NCBI GenBank assembly: GCA_965248755.1
Contig: OZ252149.1
Span: 64,001 to 128,000 of the forward strand
Length of the DNA: 64,000 nt
Direction of reading: 5' to 3'
DNA from: Candidatus Latescibacterota bacterium
GTDB lineage: Bacteria; Latescibacterota; CBDEFO01
This document shows, piece after piece, positions 1-8,893 of this stretch. Below the pieces are notes generated by a model that saw nothing but the letters and a program-made list of their open reading frames with translations, was not told where the DNA came from and searched no databases. The translations under genes were made by a program, and so were the position numbers. The stretch's first letter is position 1. Every line of letters starts with the position of its first letter.

Positions 1-2
1 AT

Positions 3-1004
3 GGTGATGGAGATAATGATCTGGCTGTGGCTAATTTGGACAGATTCAACGTAGGAACTACTGTATCAGTGTTGTTGAATAATGGGAATGGGACATTTGC
101 ACCCGGGGTGGACTACGCCGTCGGGGATGGTCCCAGTTCGGTGTTCATTTCAGATTTAGATAGGGATGGAGATAATGACTTAGCTGTGGCTAATCAGAAC
201 AGCGGTACTGTATCAGTATTGTTAAATAATGGCGATGGTACATTTGTATCCGGAGGGGACTATGGTGTTGGGAGTGGTCCCGAATCAGTCTTCAGTGCTG
301 ATTTAGATGGGGATGGAGATAATGACCTGGCTGTGGCTAATCTGAGCAGCGGTACTGTATCAGTGTTATTAAATAATGGGAATGGGATATTTGCACCCAA
401 GATGGACTATGACCCAGGCAATAGTCCCAATTCAGTATTCATTGCAGATTTAGATGGAGATGGAGATAATGACATAGTTACGTCTGCAACTCCCAATGTA
501 TCAGTGTTGATGAACAATGGAGATGGAACATTTGCACCCAGGGTAGACCATAGGACTGGGGGTCGTCTCCTTTCAGTCTTCAGTGCTGATTTAGATGGAG
601 ATGGAGATAATGACCTGGCTGTGGGTGGTGGGAGCGGTGGTGTATACGTGTTGTTGAATCTCTCTCCTCTACGAGATGGCGACAGTGCTGTAATCGAGTA
701 TGAAGAACGATCATCAGAAATTCCTGAGACTTACGCCCTCTCGCAGAATTATCCGAATCCATTCAACCCCCAGACAGTGATTCATTACAACCTTCCTGTT
801 GGGGGCCACGTTGAGCTATCTGTCTTCAATTTACTGGGACAGAAGGTTGCAACATTGGTGGATGGCCACAGAACAGCAGGCAGTTACTCTGTAGTCTGGG
901 ATGGCAAAGATGATAATCAAAAGAGCCTGGCAAGCGGAGTGTACCTCTATCGGATGGAGACGGATGGATTTGTGCAGACCAGGAAGCTCTTATTACTGAG
1001 GTGA
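3..1004 (+). CDS. FG-GAP/VCBS-repeat secreted protein with C-terminal FlgD-Ig/T9SS-like sorting domain (5' truncated by window)
   Basis: Frame is open from position 3. Repeated DLDGDGDNDLAVAN...VSVLLNNGDGTF units; C-terminal YALSQNYPNPFNP...VFNLLGQKV...WDGKD...ASGVYLYR...KLLLLR. Confidence 0.9.
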   Translation, partial: GDGDNDLAVANLDRFNVGTTVSVLLNNGNGTFAPGVDYAVGDGPSSVFISDLDRDGDNDLAVANQNSGTVSVLLNNGDGTFVSGGDYGVGSGPESVFSADLDGDGDNDLAVANLSSGTVSVLLNNGNGIFAPKMDYDPGNSPNSVFIADLDGDGDNDIVTSATPNVSVLMNNGDGTFAPRVDHRTGGRLLSVFSADLDGDGDNDLAVGGGSGGVYVLLNLSPLRDGDSAVIEYEERSSEIPETYALSQNYPNPFNPQTVIHYNLPVGGHVELSVFNLLGQKVATLVDGHRTAGSYSVVWDGKDDNQKSLASGVYLYRMETDGFVQTRKLLLLR

Positions 1005-1144
1005 GACCTATAACTTAATGTTGTAGAAGTAGATCCCAATGGTCACATCCATCACCGGAGGCGGCCAACTGTGATGGGTATACTAGTTCTGCCGTTCTAG
1101 TAGGGGCACATAGAGAAGGTGTTCGTGCTCTCTGTATTTTGAAT

Positions 1145-1981
1145 CTATCGGAGGCTACTGTCTACTTCTGGAAAGCCGTAAGGCCCCTCCAGGAAATTTC
1201 CGGGAGTGGGCCAACCCTGTCCGCCCATGAAGCGGAACTGGTCGTGCTTTCCACACAACCAGAAGAACATTTCTGCACTATCGGTGCAATCCCGGAATTG
1301 CTGCCGGAAAGTGGGGCTGTCAAGGGTATAGTCTGCGGTGGCGAAATCGAAATTCGGCTCAATCATCCAATCCCGTTGCGGAGGCACAGTTCTCCAATAG
1401 TTATACTTCAACATGTTTCGGAGGCCATGGGCAGTAGAGACAGAGCGACGGTGCCAGATCGAATAGACAGTAATGAAGATTGAACCGGCAGGTGCAGCAG
1501 CACCGAACGTGCCCAAAATGTTCCTGTAGTGTCCCATCAAAGTAGCCTGGGTGAAGAGAAAATGAGAGCCGGGCAGCAGCTCGGTTGGTCCCATCTCTTT
1601 CGGACAGTCCTGTGGATAATAGAAGACCTGTAAGTAATTCAGCGCCGGACCGTACTTCGAGCCACCGTCCCGGTGCCACTCCTGCGTCGGAAGAGGGGTC
1701 CTGACTCGATGATTGCTCATCAAGATCGGCAGGCCAAAATCGTCACCCAACAACGACCGAACCGCACCAGCTGCCTCTCGATTGAGAATTACATTGTCCA
1801 CAAACCAATCCTCCCTGAGGATTTCGGTCGGTTCTTTTGACGTATGTGTTTCGAGAAAATCAAATGTTCTTTGATTAATATCGTCCGGGACAACACCCTC
1901 CAGCATAAGGAAGCCCCTCTTGCAGAACTCCAGCACCTGTGTGTCAGTTAGCGTGGGCTGACAGTCATGTGTTCTCACCAC
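1145..1981 (-). CDS. Phytanoyl-CoA dioxygenase (PhyH) family Fe(II)/2-oxoglutarate dioxygenase
   Basis: GFLMLEGVVP N-terminus, WHRD (HxD), GPTELLPGSH, distal WHR. Confidence 0.85.
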   Translation of the reverse strand: MVRTHDCQPTLTDTQVLEFCKRGFLMLEGVVPDDINQRTFDFLETHTSKEPTEILREDWFVDNVILNREAAGAVRSLLGDDFGLPILMSNHRVRTPLPTQEWHRDGGSKYGPALNYLQVFYYPQDCPKEMGPTELLPGSHFLFTQATLMGHYRNILGTFGAAAPAGSIFITVYSIWHRRSVSTAHGLRNMLKYNYWRTVPPQRDWMIEPNFDFATADYTLDSPTFRQQFRDCTDSAEMFFWLCGKHDQFRFMGGQGWPTPGNFLEGPYGFPEVDSSLR

Positions 1982-2360
1982 TTTCTACCTCCCATTTCTC
2001 CAGAATGAACTCACATCCGAGACCGTAGGTGCGTCCCTCGTCCATCATCAAAGCCAGATTGGGGAATTGGATCACCCTCCAGCCATCTCGGATCGCATCG
2101 AGTACAGTTTGGTAAGGCCAGTCTTTCGGATCCGACGTTCCTTCGGACATCTCACCGTTTTGCACCATCAACATGCCGTAAACAGTGGAGTTCAAGGAAG
2201 TACTTGAGGTCTGAAGGTAGAGCAAATCCTGCCGTATTGAGCTTGTCTGGTCGAGGATTTCGAGGATGCGGCAGAGACTCGCCTCGGTAAGTTTGCCCCT
2301 TTGGAACTCCTCGACGCATCGCTCCACCTGATCTTTAACTATCGCTCTCATCGTAGTCAC
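1965..2360 (-). CDS. Hypothetical protein overlapping the PhyH start
   Basis: 131-aa ORF (WPYQTVLDAIRDGWRVIQFP) overlapping the next gene and co-oriented within the operon. Confidence 0.7.
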   Translation of the reverse strand: MTTMRAIVKDQVERCVEEFQRGKLTEASLCRILEILDQTSSIRQDLLYLQTSSTSLNSTVYGMLMVQNGEMSEGTSDPKDWPYQTVLDAIRDGWRVIQFPNLALMMDEGRTYGLGCEFILEKWEVESGENT

Positions 2361-2445
2361 TCCCGGGAATGAGGAACATCCATTTGATTAGTAGAGAACA
2401 TATAGGGAGGAGAGGAAGTGTGCTGTCCACTATCAACTTTACGTT

Positions 2446-3594
2446 CTACCAGTTGGTGTAAGATCCATCCCGCCGATGCAGATGGGGCCCCTCCCAGAAC
2501 TTGAACGTCTCCTCAGCCATATCCTCGTTGAATTCGACGCCAAGACCCGGTCCCTTTGGCACAGGAAAATGGTTACCGTCTAATTCAGCCTGAAGGGGGA
2601 AAAGATCCGCATCAATGGAATAATCACGGGCGAGCACTTCCAGCCATGCAAAGTTGGGAACGGCGGCGGAAAAGTGGATGTGAGCGGCGGTGCTTATAGG
2701 ACTGAGAGGATTGTGAGGCATAAGGTCAATGTAGTGGGCCTCACACCAACCGGCCACTTTCATAGCCTCGGTGAAGCCTCCCACATTACAGATGTCTATG
2801 CGCGCAAAATTGGTCAAGTTGCGCTCGATGAACGGCAGAGACACCCATTTGCTTGAGAACTCTTCCCCGATAGCAAAGGGCACCGAGGTCATCTGACGGA
2901 GCATCGCATACGCATCGGGACTTTCATCACGGATCGGTTCCTCCAAAAAGTCCAGAGTCCCGGCAGGGAGCATCTGGCAAAAGGAAGCCGCCTCCGCAAG
3001 GCTGAGGCGATGGTGGTAGTCGATACCCAACACTGGAGCATTGCCCAAGGCCTCCCGAACCTTGATCAACCATTCCGCAGTGAGTGCGATCGACTCTCGC
3101 GGTTCATAAAGAAGATCATCACCACCTGTATCCGGGTGACCGGGGACAAACCTGATGACGTTCCATCCCTCCTTGACCAGGAGCTTGGCGTCCTTTACAA
3201 CCTCTGGCCCCATCATAGAGGCGCTCGATGTAACAAAACAAGGTACAAAGTCCCGCTGCGCCCCTCCTAAAAGCTGATAGACAGGTACCCCTAACTTCCT
3301 GGCGACTAAGTCGTGGAGAGCGATGTCAACGGCGGATATGGCCGCCGTAAGGACGCGTCCACCTTCAAAGTACTGCCCGCGGTACATCTCCTGCCAGAGC
3401 GCCCCGATGCGCATCGGATCCTTGCCGATCAAGAACTCGCGAAAGTGTGCTATGGCACCCTTTACGGCCAACTCGCGCGCGGAGATCCCCGATTCTCCCC
3501 AGCCGTAATATCCCTCGTCAGTCTCAATCTTTAAGACGAACGAATTCCTGGGACCGGACCACACGGGATATGATTTCACATCAGTAATTTTCAT
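2446..3594 (-). CDS. Mandelate racemase/muconate lactonizing enzyme family protein (acid-sugar dehydratase-like)
   Basis: MKITDVK, ETDEGYYGWGE, SAVDIALHD, metal ligands in DYHH / LEEP / GEE, PHN, GPGLGVE; RBS AGGAG. Confidence 0.9.
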   Translation of the reverse strand: MKITDVKSYPVWSGPRNSFVLKIETDEGYYGWGESGISARELAVKGAIAHFREFLIGKDPMRIGALWQEMYRGQYFEGGRVLTAAISAVDIALHDLVARKLGVPVYQLLGGAQRDFVPCFVTSSASMMGPEVVKDAKLLVKEGWNVIRFVPGHPDTGGDDLLYEPRESIALTAEWLIKVREALGNAPVLGIDYHHRLSLAEAASFCQMLPAGTLDFLEEPIRDESPDAYAMLRQMTSVPFAIGEEFSSKWVSLPFIERNLTNFARIDICNVGGFTEAMKVAGWCEAHYIDLMPHNPLSPISTAAHIHFSAAVPNFAWLEVLARDYSIDADLFPLQAELDGNHFPVPKGPGLGVEFNEDMAEETFKFWEGPHLHRRDGSYTNW

Positions 3595-3613
3595 CCGTTT
3601 CTCCTAAAGCCTG

Positions 3614-3673
3614 TCCCGACTGAACCCCTGATCCCCGATTGAGTCTACCGGGGATTCAATTGGGGGTCGGGGA
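3614..3673. repeat. Triply nested copies of the 23-bp palindrome TCCCCGATTGAATCTATCGGGGA
   Basis: Outer tcccgactgaa...tcgggga, middle cccctga...ttcaattggggg, inner tccccgattgagtctaccgggga (3632-3654). Confidence 0.75.
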
Positions 3674-3717
3674 CTCGTCTACTGGCCGAACACATGCGTT
3701 AACCCTCAAATAGATAT

Positions 3718-3742
3718 GTAGGGGCATAACCCGTGTATGCCC
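3718..3742. repeat. GTAG-type REP-like palindrome
   Basis: gtaggggcataacccgtgtatgccc: GTAG followed by a gggcata/tatgccc stem. Confidence 0.6.
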
Positions 3743-3759
3743 ATCAATCATGTTGACCC

Positions 3760-4650
3760 TCATCCTCTGCCCGGGAAGGTAAGTTCGGCGATCCCTGACT
3801 TGTCCAGTTCGCCCTTTCCGATCTGGATCATCCGCTCGTACTGCCGCTTCGTCGCATCAGCTAAAGGCAGATTCAGACCTGCGGCCCTGGCAAGTTCAAG
3901 TGCGATTCCGGAATCCTTTGCAGCGTGGGCCGCCGAGAAATAGCACTCGTGATCCCGGTTTTGCATATCCTCTCCATCTGTCTCCAGGACCCGCGAATTA
4001 GCCCCGGTCTGCGAAAATACCTCCTGCAGCATCGTCAGGTCAATCCCCAATGCGGCTCCTAATCCCAGCCCTTCAGACAGCCCCGCTGTGTTGATGTTCA
4101 TCACCATATTCACCAGTGCTTTGACCTCGGCCGCCTTGCCAGACCTCCCGATATATCTCAATTCGGTGCTCATTGCCTCCAAAATCGGCTCGGCCTTCTC
4201 GAACACGTCCCTCTTTCCTCCACACATCAGGTAGAGCGTTCCCTCCAGTGCCTGCGTGATGCTGCTGGCCATACAGCTTTCGATGCTCTGCGCCCCGACA
4301 CCCTCTGCGAGCGCCTCGACCTCGATATGCACCTGTGGAGTAATTGTGGCACAGTTGATAAACAGCTTGCCCTCGGCGCCTTGAAGTAGGCTGTCACCCT
4401 GTTGTGTAAAGATAGTCCGCATGGAGTCGTCGTCGTTGACCACAGTGATAATATAATCCGCTAAACTTGTGACTCCACTGAGCGTATCGGACACCTCTGT
4501 CCCAAGTTCCTTGGCTAATGCTTTTGCAACATCCGAACGGATATCGTAGACTACTGTTACCGAAAAACCCCTATTCTTGAGGTGACGTGCGATATTGGCT
4601 CCCATCCGACCCACGCCGACAACGCCGATTTTATAATCTGAATTTGGCAT
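3760..4650 (-). CDS. NAD(P)-dependent oxidoreductase, 3-hydroxyisobutyrate dehydrogenase/6PGDH-like family
   Basis: IGVVGVGRMG Rossmann motif, GTLYLMCGG, catalytic K in VKALVN, AAKD. Confidence 0.88.
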   Translation of the reverse strand: MPNSDYKIGVVGVGRMGANIARHLKNRGFSVTVVYDIRSDVAKALAKELGTEVSDTLSGVTSLADYIITVVNDDDSMRTIFTQQGDSLLQGAEGKLFINCATITPQVHIEVEALAEGVGAQSIESCMASSITQALEGTLYLMCGGKRDVFEKAEPILEAMSTELRYIGRSGKAAEVKALVNMVMNINTAGLSEGLGLGAALGIDLTMLQEVFSQTGANSRVLETDGEDMQNRDHECYFSAAHAAKDSGIALELARAAGLNLPLADATKRQYERMIQIGKGELDKSGIAELTFPGRG

Positions 4651-4894
4651 GACCTCCCCCTCTGAAATGGTAAGCGGCAGCTTCCTTTCGGCCTTCAGAC
4701 TCCTGACCGCTTGCGGAACAATTTAGGATAATACGCCTATAATAAGAAACGTTTATGCCCACCTGATGCAGAGGTATCTGGCTGTCCAGCCCAAATGTTG
4801 AAGACCGGTAGTAGAGGCGAGATTACCTCACCCCAGAGGTTGGGTAACGCAGCGCATACATTTATCTGTTATTACAATAATTTTGTGAAGACGT

Positions 4895-5133
4895 TCACAA
4901 CTCTCGAATACAGCTGTTGCGAAACAGACAGAACCATGATCGCACTGCAGCATCACGGGCCCCTTAGGAGGATTGTCGTCGCCCATTTGGCCCCCGGTTG
5001 AACCCTTGTTCCTCACGTTATCGTGAAGCTACTTCCCGTTCAACGTGACCCTCAGAGTCATCGCATAAAGCACAATATCCATTGTCTGCCACTCCCCCTC
5101 GGGCTTGCTCGCTTGCACATCGGGCGAATTTTG
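4895..5133 (-). pseudogene. Degraded 3' fragment of a DUF1080 (3-keto-disaccharide hydrolase) gene
   Basis: Manual translation gives PDVQASKPEGEWQTMDIV...VTLNGK*LHDNV...TGGQM...KGPVMLQCDHGSVCF, then after a frameshift NSCIREL*. In-frame TAG at 5029-5031. Confidence 0.7.
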
Positions 5134-5587
5134 CTAATGAAGGACACTAATTTCACAGGGGTATGCGATTCTTCGCCCGGTTAGTTAATCCTTTACAATT
5201 TCCTGGACGCGGAGTCAAGGGCTCGTAGATAGTCTATACGAGACTGGCATCTAATATAAAAGCAATACATTAGATACATTTGTCTCTGCATTTGAGCCCA
5301 ACGACAGCCTTTGCGTTGAAAACCAGATAGCTGTCACAGTGGTACGGTGCCGACGAAACCGTAGCCCAGAGTTAGACGGCGCTGCTCCGGGACCATATCC
5401 CAATCACGTGAGTTGTTATATATTTCCAGTAAAGGCGTTAAGCAGGAACTGGAAAGCAGAATGGGTAAGCTACCCGGCGGCTCGCGTGCTGAGACAGCAG
5501 CCGCTCAAGCCCTATCATAACTTAGCACGAAGAGACCTCCAACTGATGTCTTCATTACCGCTACTCTTAATCTTGGTTTCTCCCCGA

Positions 5588-5622
5588 ATAAAATAAGGAG
5601 GCGATCTTTTCTGATCGCCCCC
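5588..5622 (-). terminator. Rho-independent terminator of the PpiC gene
   Basis: Minus strand reads GGGGGCGATC-AGAAAA-GATCGCCTCC followed by TTATTTTAT, just after the stop at 5649. Confidence 0.65.
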
Positions 5623-5648
5623 ACCGGATTCAACGACGGCGCTTCCAT

Positions 5649-7349
5649 TTACTTTGTCCCAAGGGCAATTTTGAGGTTATCCTTCCGGATGCTGACCTGT
5701 GATTCGTATTTCTCTCTCAGTTCTTCCAAAAACTGCTCGAATATTTCCGACTCCCTCTCCTTCTTTATATTTACCCTAACACGCCTTTGGGCATCTGAAA
5801 AGGGCTCCCTCGGACGTCCTCTGGAAAGCACCTTGAATATGGAATAGCCACCCTTTAAGTTAACAGGACCCTTAAGTTCCCCTATCTGGGCATCCTCCGC
5901 AGCTTCCACTATGCCTCCGTAAAGTGACCTTTCGTAGGGATGAAAATGGAATCTGCCTTCTTCGTCCCGCTGCTCTGCAGGCCGTATAGAATGAGAGCTT
6001 GCAAGCTTGCCTAATGAAATACCTTTTTGGATCTGTTCCATAAGGCGGAGCGCCTCTTCCTCTGTCTCTACAAGTATCTCCTGTATGTCTATTTGCTCAG
6101 GGAGCAGATATTTATCAGGATTGCTGTCGTACTCCTGCCGTATCTCGTCATCGGTTATGTTTATCTTCCCTTCCAGCGCTTTTTTTCTAAGTTGCGACAT
6201 TAATAACTTCCTTCTCTTTTTCTCAAGCCATTTTACTGTATCTTCTTCCTTATCTATTCCAGCGCTAATAGCAGCTTCCATAATCATTATGTCGGGAATA
6301 ATTGCACGCTCTGCAAAGGAGACCAGCACTTCGCTATCTGTAAGATTAGGAAGCGCTTCTTTAGCAATAGCGATGATCACGTACATAAAGTCCCCTGAGG
6401 TTATCTTTCCCTTGTCATATCTGTAGACAACAATGTTCCGCTCATCCTCTGTTGCAAAAGATGCACCGGTGCGTAATCTTTCAACAAAAGCATTTAAGCC
6501 TTCCCGATCCAGTTCAAGGCGATATTTATTCTTGAGCTTTTCTACTAAAGCGGCTCTCTGCAGACTAAAACTCTGCCTATAGAGTTGGTCAGCAATCTCT
6601 GTTGCTATCTTTGGGTTAAGCTGGATGGTACTATCAGCGGTGACTTTGAAGATCGTATATCTACCTGCAACCTTTATGGGCTCTGATACTTCTCCCACCT
6701 CAAGAACAAATAATTTATTCCGAAGGAGCGGGATCATCATTTCACTGATTATGTAACGGCCTATATCCCCATCTCTACCAGCAGTAACTTCATTTATAGA
6801 CAACTTCCTGACGACCTCCTCAAAGCTTTTCCCCCTTTTGAGCTCTTCAAGAGCAGCCCTTGCCTTATCTTCACTGTCGACCGTTATATCGCTAAACCTG
6901 ATTGCCCTGGAAAAATGTGAGTTCTCAAAGAACTCCTGTACTTCCTCTTCTTTTATATCTATCTTTATCTCACTTTTTTGGAATGTACCCACAAGCCTTT
7001 TCTTCTTGGTCTGATGCAACTTACTCAAAGAGCCGAGGCTCTTATCAATTCCCTTGTTTCCCACCTCTATCATCATAAGCTTCATATCGATCATCGTCTG
7101 AAGATGTTCCTTTGCTTTTTCTATTGCTTCTTTCTTGTTCTGGAGATGTTCGGGGAGTTCGCCGCTAAATTCCTGCAACTTCCTTCCAGTTATCGTCTCA
7201 TCTGCCACCTGAGCGACTACCAGTTCCCCTTTCTCCTTACCGCAACTCATAAAGACACTCACAAGCCCGATCGAGAGCATACCAATCCCTGTAGCTTTTT
7301 TTACAACAGAGGCAATATTCAGTGTTACTGCAATTTTGCAACTGTTCAT
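5649..7349 (-). CDS. PpiC/parvulin-type peptidyl-prolyl isomerase (PrsA/SurA-like, two rotamase domains), probable lipoprotein
   Basis: Two parvulin domains (GKSFEEVVRKLS...GDIG...GEVSEPI; EILVETEEEA...GELKGPV...GYSIFKV); lipobox-like FMSC. Start set at ATG 7349 after an AAGGAG RBS (ORF track extends to 7646). Confidence 0.85.
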   Translation of the reverse strand: MNSCKIAVTLNIASVVKKATGIGMLSIGLVSVFMSCGKEKGELVVAQVADETITGRKLQEFSGELPEHLQNKKEAIEKAKEHLQTMIDMKLMMIEVGNKGIDKSLGSLSKLHQTKKKRLVGTFQKSEIKIDIKEEEVQEFFENSHFSRAIRFSDITVDSEDKARAALEELKRGKSFEEVVRKLSINEVTAGRDGDIGRYIISEMMIPLLRNKLFVLEVGEVSEPIKVAGRYTIFKVTADSTIQLNPKIATEIADQLYRQSFSLQRAALVEKLKNKYRLELDREGLNAFVERLRTGASFATEDERNIVVYRYDKGKITSGDFMYVIIAIAKEALPNLTDSEVLVSFAERAIIPDIMIMEAAISAGIDKEEDTVKWLEKKRRKLLMSQLRKKALEGKINITDDEIRQEYDSNPDKYLLPEQIDIQEILVETEEEALRLMEQIQKGISLGKLASSHSIRPAEQRDEEGRFHFHPYERSLYGGIVEAAEDAQIGELKGPVNLKGGYSIFKVLSRGRPREPFSDAQRRVRVNIKKERESEIFEQFLEELREKYESQVSIRKDNLKIALGTK

Positions 7350-7440
7350 CTTTGAAAAATCTCCTTTTTTACGGTAAATTACCGGAAGCGCAAGCGAATC
7401 TGTCTCTAAAGTTTTCCCATCGACCGAGAGATTCCCAGCT

Positions 7441-7494
7441 TTTGACAAGGCCTTCTCCTTGTGAAAGTTTGACAGGGCCATCTCCTTGTGAAAG
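7441..7494. repeat. 27-bp tandem duplication upstream of the PpiC gene
   Basis: tttgacaaggccttctccttgtgaaag / tttgacagggccatctccttgtgaaag. Confidence 0.8.
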
Positions 7495-7683
7495 ATCGTT
7501 AGCTTGGATAATATAATAGGGATACTTTCTCCTGTCAAGGGGAAATAGAGACGTAGCGTCAAATTTAACTTGACTTTCCACCTACAGAAGGTTATGTTTT
7601 CTTCCCAAAAGATAACGGAAAGTGGAGTACAGCCGATAGTTTGCAAGGGATAACCTGCAGGATCACAAAATAGGAAGATAGAG

Positions 7684-8250
7684 ATGAACGTCCACGATGC
7701 TATTAAGACTCGCCGGACAATTTACAACTTTAAGCCCGACCCGGTACTGCTCAAGGATATAGAGCGCATCTTAAGCGGGTCTGTCTGGGCTCCCAACCAC
7801 AAATTGACCGAACCTTGGCGCTTTGCAGTTGTGACAGGTAAGACTAAAGAGAGGTTAGCCGAGATCAACCGCAGTCTCCAGATGGATTCGTTCAGCGATG
7901 TTGATCCGGAGGACAGGGCAAAACTCGCAGATAAAGCCTTCAAGAAAGTCATGTCCAAGCCGACGATCATCGTCGTCTCCTGCTGTCAGGAGGGCGACGA
8001 ACAGCGGAAAAGAGAGGATTACGCTGCCACCTGCTGTGCGATACAAAACATAATGCTTGGCGCCTGGGAGATGGAGATTGGAATGCAGTGGAGCACTGGC
8101 AAACTGACCCGAAGTGAGGAGACTTACAAGCTCTTGAGCACAGACTCAGCAAAAGAGTACATCGTCGGCTTCCTGTACACAGGCTATCCATCTGAAATTC
8201 ACAAACAAAAGCGTAAGCCTCTGTCTGATGTCACGTCCTGGTGGGACTGA
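7684..8250 (+). CDS. Nitroreductase family protein (YdjA-like)
   Basis: AIKTRRTI, WAPNHKLTEPWRF, AIQNIMLGAW...GMQWST, RKPL. Confidence 0.9.
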   Translation: MNVHDAIKTRRTIYNFKPDPVLLKDIERILSGSVWAPNHKLTEPWRFAVVTGKTKERLAEINRSLQMDSFSDVDPEDRAKLADKAFKKVMSKPTIIVVSCCQEGDEQRKREDYAATCCAIQNIMLGAWEMEIGMQWSTGKLTRSEETYKLLSTDSAKEYIVGFLYTGYPSEIHKQKRKPLSDVTSWWD

Positions 8251-8338
8251 AGCTTCACATATCTTGAACAACAGCGTGTATATAAGTGCATAAGAAAAGG
8301 ATGGAAAACGGGCTGAGCTTGCTCTCTCTCGACACAGA

Positions 8339-8821
8339 TCACACAAATGTCTTCAAAATTTCCTGTTGGATGCCTTGTAGTTCCGAGTAGGCATCATCGA
8401 TCTCGCTGATCTTCTCTTGAAGCTGCTTTATCAACCTCTGCTTTTCGAGTCCATTTCGGATGATGATCCAAAGGTCTTCGTTCTCCCAGGGTTTCTCGAT
8501 GTACTGAAAGAGTCCAACCTCGTTAATCGCCTTAATGGCGTTCTCTTTATCTGCGTACCCGGTAAGAATAATTCGAGGTACCTCGGGTTTGATTTCTCTT
8601 ACGCGGGCCAGAAAGGTGATCCCGTCCATTTCGGGCATTAGATAGTCCGAAATGACAAGGCCGACTTCGTTGTTCTTAAAGTACTCCAAGGCCTCTTTTG
8701 GCAAAGTGAAAGTGACGACATTATAGTTCGTCTCCAGATCCAAAAAAGAGCTGATACTTGTCAACACCATTTCTTCATCATCGACAATTATAACGGTTTC
8801 TTTTTCTTTTAAGTTTGTCAT
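8339..8821 (-). CDS. Response regulator (receiver domain plus C-terminal coiled coil, no DNA-binding domain)
   Basis: IVDDE, ISDYLMPEMDG (phospho-Asp), LTG, EKPW. Confidence 0.92.
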   Translation of the reverse strand: MTNLKEKETVIIVDDEEMVLTSISSFLDLETNYNVVTFTLPKEALEYFKNNEVGLVISDYLMPEMDGITFLARVREIKPEVPRIILTGYADKENAIKAINEVGLFQYIEKPWENEDLWIIIRNGLEKQRLIKQLQEKISEIDDAYSELQGIQQEILKTFV

Positions 8822-8893
8822 AGGTCTCTCCTATTTATGAATCATCATGTCATCAGATTGTTGTGGACTCCTTGCTATGTGATAAAACATCTC

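Noticed and set aside
3..660. Periodic nucleotide repeats as an array or a diversity-generating cassette
   Set aside because: They are fully explained by in-frame FG-GAP protein repeats, and no reverse transcriptase is nearby.
5160..5590. Possible tmRNA or other RNA gene in the long gap
   Set aside because: There are no tRNA-like ends or tag-peptide frame; it is more likely decayed coding DNA.
7350..7646. N-terminal extension of the PpiC ORF
   Set aside because: It runs through a 27-bp tandem repeat in the divergent promoter region, and a strong RBS precedes ATG 7349.
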